Source of the DNA: Azolla caroliniana
Lineage: Eukaryota; Plantae; Polypodiophyta
Assembly (NCBI GenBank): GCA_043228905.1
Contig: JBHGNT010000007.1
Span: 19,282,001 to 19,346,000, forward strand
Reading direction: 5' to 3'
DNA: 64,000 bases
The position numbers and the translations under genes were made by a program. Shown here in pieces: positions 62,138 through 64,000 of this stretch; the first letter of the stretch is position 1; every line of letters begins with the position of its first letter. The notes under the pieces are model-generated. The model was not told where the DNA came from. It did no database searches and was given only the letters and a program-made list of their open reading frames with translations.

Positions 62138-62450
62138 AACTTTGAAGATTGTACGACATGAGCTCATTCATTTTGTGAAGAGTCCATTCTGTAGAGGAAA
62201 GAATGCAAACTTCCCTCGCCCTGTGCCATGTGGGGCAAACTCACATGTAAGAACTTGGAAGATTGTACAACACATTGAGCTCATTCTTTTGTCTCCTTGT
62301 TGAGGAAAGAATGCAAGCTTCCCTATCCCCTTGGGCCAATCTCATATGTAAGAACTTTAAGGATTGTATGACATGAGCACATTCATTTTGTGAAGAGTTC
62401 ATTCTTTTGGCTCTTTGTAGAGGAAAAATGCAAGCTTCCCTCACACCTTG
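62138..62450. repeat. Three degenerate ~105-bp tandem units
   Basis: 'aactt..agattgta..gagctcattc..gaggaaa..atgcaa(a/g)cttccct' x3. Confidence 0.75.
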
Positions 62451-62837
62451 GGATTATCAGAACATAAGATCGACACTAAGTGCATGCTCATTTCTTGACA
62501 TGTAACTTTTACACAAATAGTGTTTATACTTAATAATTTCATAAAAGTTGACTCCCATTCCTTCTAATGTGCTAATTGAAATGTTTACATATATTTCTTT
62601 CTCTGAAGTGTAACAATGTATCTTTCTATGGTAACATGTCTTTCTTTCTTTGAAGTGTTTAAAACAATTTGGAATTATGGTCTTGCAGAATGTTTGCCAT
62701 TGGTCATTTGAAATATATATTTAGATAAGGGTATTATCAATTATACTAGAAAAAAAATTACATAAGCCCATGAAATATTAGATATTTTAATGAGATAGTA
62801 AACAATTATTATGCAAACAATACTCCAATTTGGAGTA

Positions 62838-64000
62838 GCATATATACATATACTCTTTCATACATACATACATACATATACATGCATGCATGCATATGTA
62901 CCTACATTCAAACATTACATCCATGAATATGTATATACATACATTACACCGATTTATACATGCATACTTGACTAAATGTAACTATGCAATATGTACAAAT
63001 ATATATTACCATGTGTAAATATTTACATACACATACATAAATACATTGCATACTACATATATAAATACATGTATACATACATACATGTGTATGTATGTAT
63101 GCATGTATATAATAATATGTATGTATGTATAATCAACCATATATATATATTAGAATCAACCATATATATTGACATATATATATATATACTACACATTGTT
63201 ACAAACATATTTTATATACTACATATTACACACATATATCATTATACATACAATTATATGCAAACTCCATATATGTACATATACATACCAAACACAAAAA
63301 ATATACATAAATAAATAAATTACATATTATATATACATACACATACATATTAATACATAAGATTACATATTATATGTCTTACAAATTTTCACACATACAA
63401 ACAAGTTACGTATATTATATATGTTACTATGTATATATACACACACACGCACACACAAACACGTAAATAAATTAAATATTAGATATCATATAGTCCATAC
63501 ATATTACACAATAAATAAATTTACATACACATATGTACATACATACATTACATATTTACAAACATAGATATATTACATATAGACAAACATATTCCACATA
63601 TCACCATATATATAGATTATACGAAACCATGCAAACTACATTACTTACATATACACACACACATTAGATATATGTATACTTACACATACATCGGATATAT
63701 ACATGCATATTACATACATACATCCATATACGAGCCCTGAAAATATACATACATAAATACATTACATATATACACGTACATACATTCATACATGTACATA
63801 CATATCACCATATACACACACACATATATATATGCATACATACATTAAATATGTACATACATATTACAAACACACATCCATGCACATTGGCTCATGTACA
63901 TTGACAAATGTATATATGCACATACACATACATACATTACATATGTTACTATGTATATACATATTCCACATATATACATACATATTACAAACACACATCC
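62838..64000. repeat. Long (TA)/(CA)/(TACA)n low-complexity tract
   Basis: Directly visible. Confidence 0.9.

Noticed and set aside
62991-63314. Tyr/Ile/His-rich ORFs (also 772-1065)
   Set aside because: Translations of TA/CA microsatellite.

Overview
Land-plant nuclear DNA, dense in transposable elements. The TE families and AT/microsatellite style suggest a fern-like seed-free plant, but that is inference only. Two intronless host genes are supported: a GT47 xyloglucan galactosyltransferase (XLT2-like, 8488-10104, +) and a secreted proline-rich/extensin-like wall protein (45375-46157, -). The rest is mostly TEs, many with readable termini and TSDs. The centre is a deep nest: decayed chromovirus Ty3/gypsy <- 32-bp-TIR DNA element <- full-length L1 LINE (14-bp TSD) <- young Ty1/copia (TSD GAAAC), plus a foldback, a hAT MITE and a solo LTR. 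The most unusual object is a young pol-less LTR element (39832-43573). It has a tRNA-Trp PBS, a 4-bp TSD, one gag-derived frame filling its whole interior, and an antisense tRNA-like A/B-box (Pol III) cassette in each LTR. An older relative (52005-~54260) keeps that cassette and carries a TG..CA foldback with a 5-bp TSD whose arms also hold tRNA-like boxes. All alignments were done by eye; no database searches were run.
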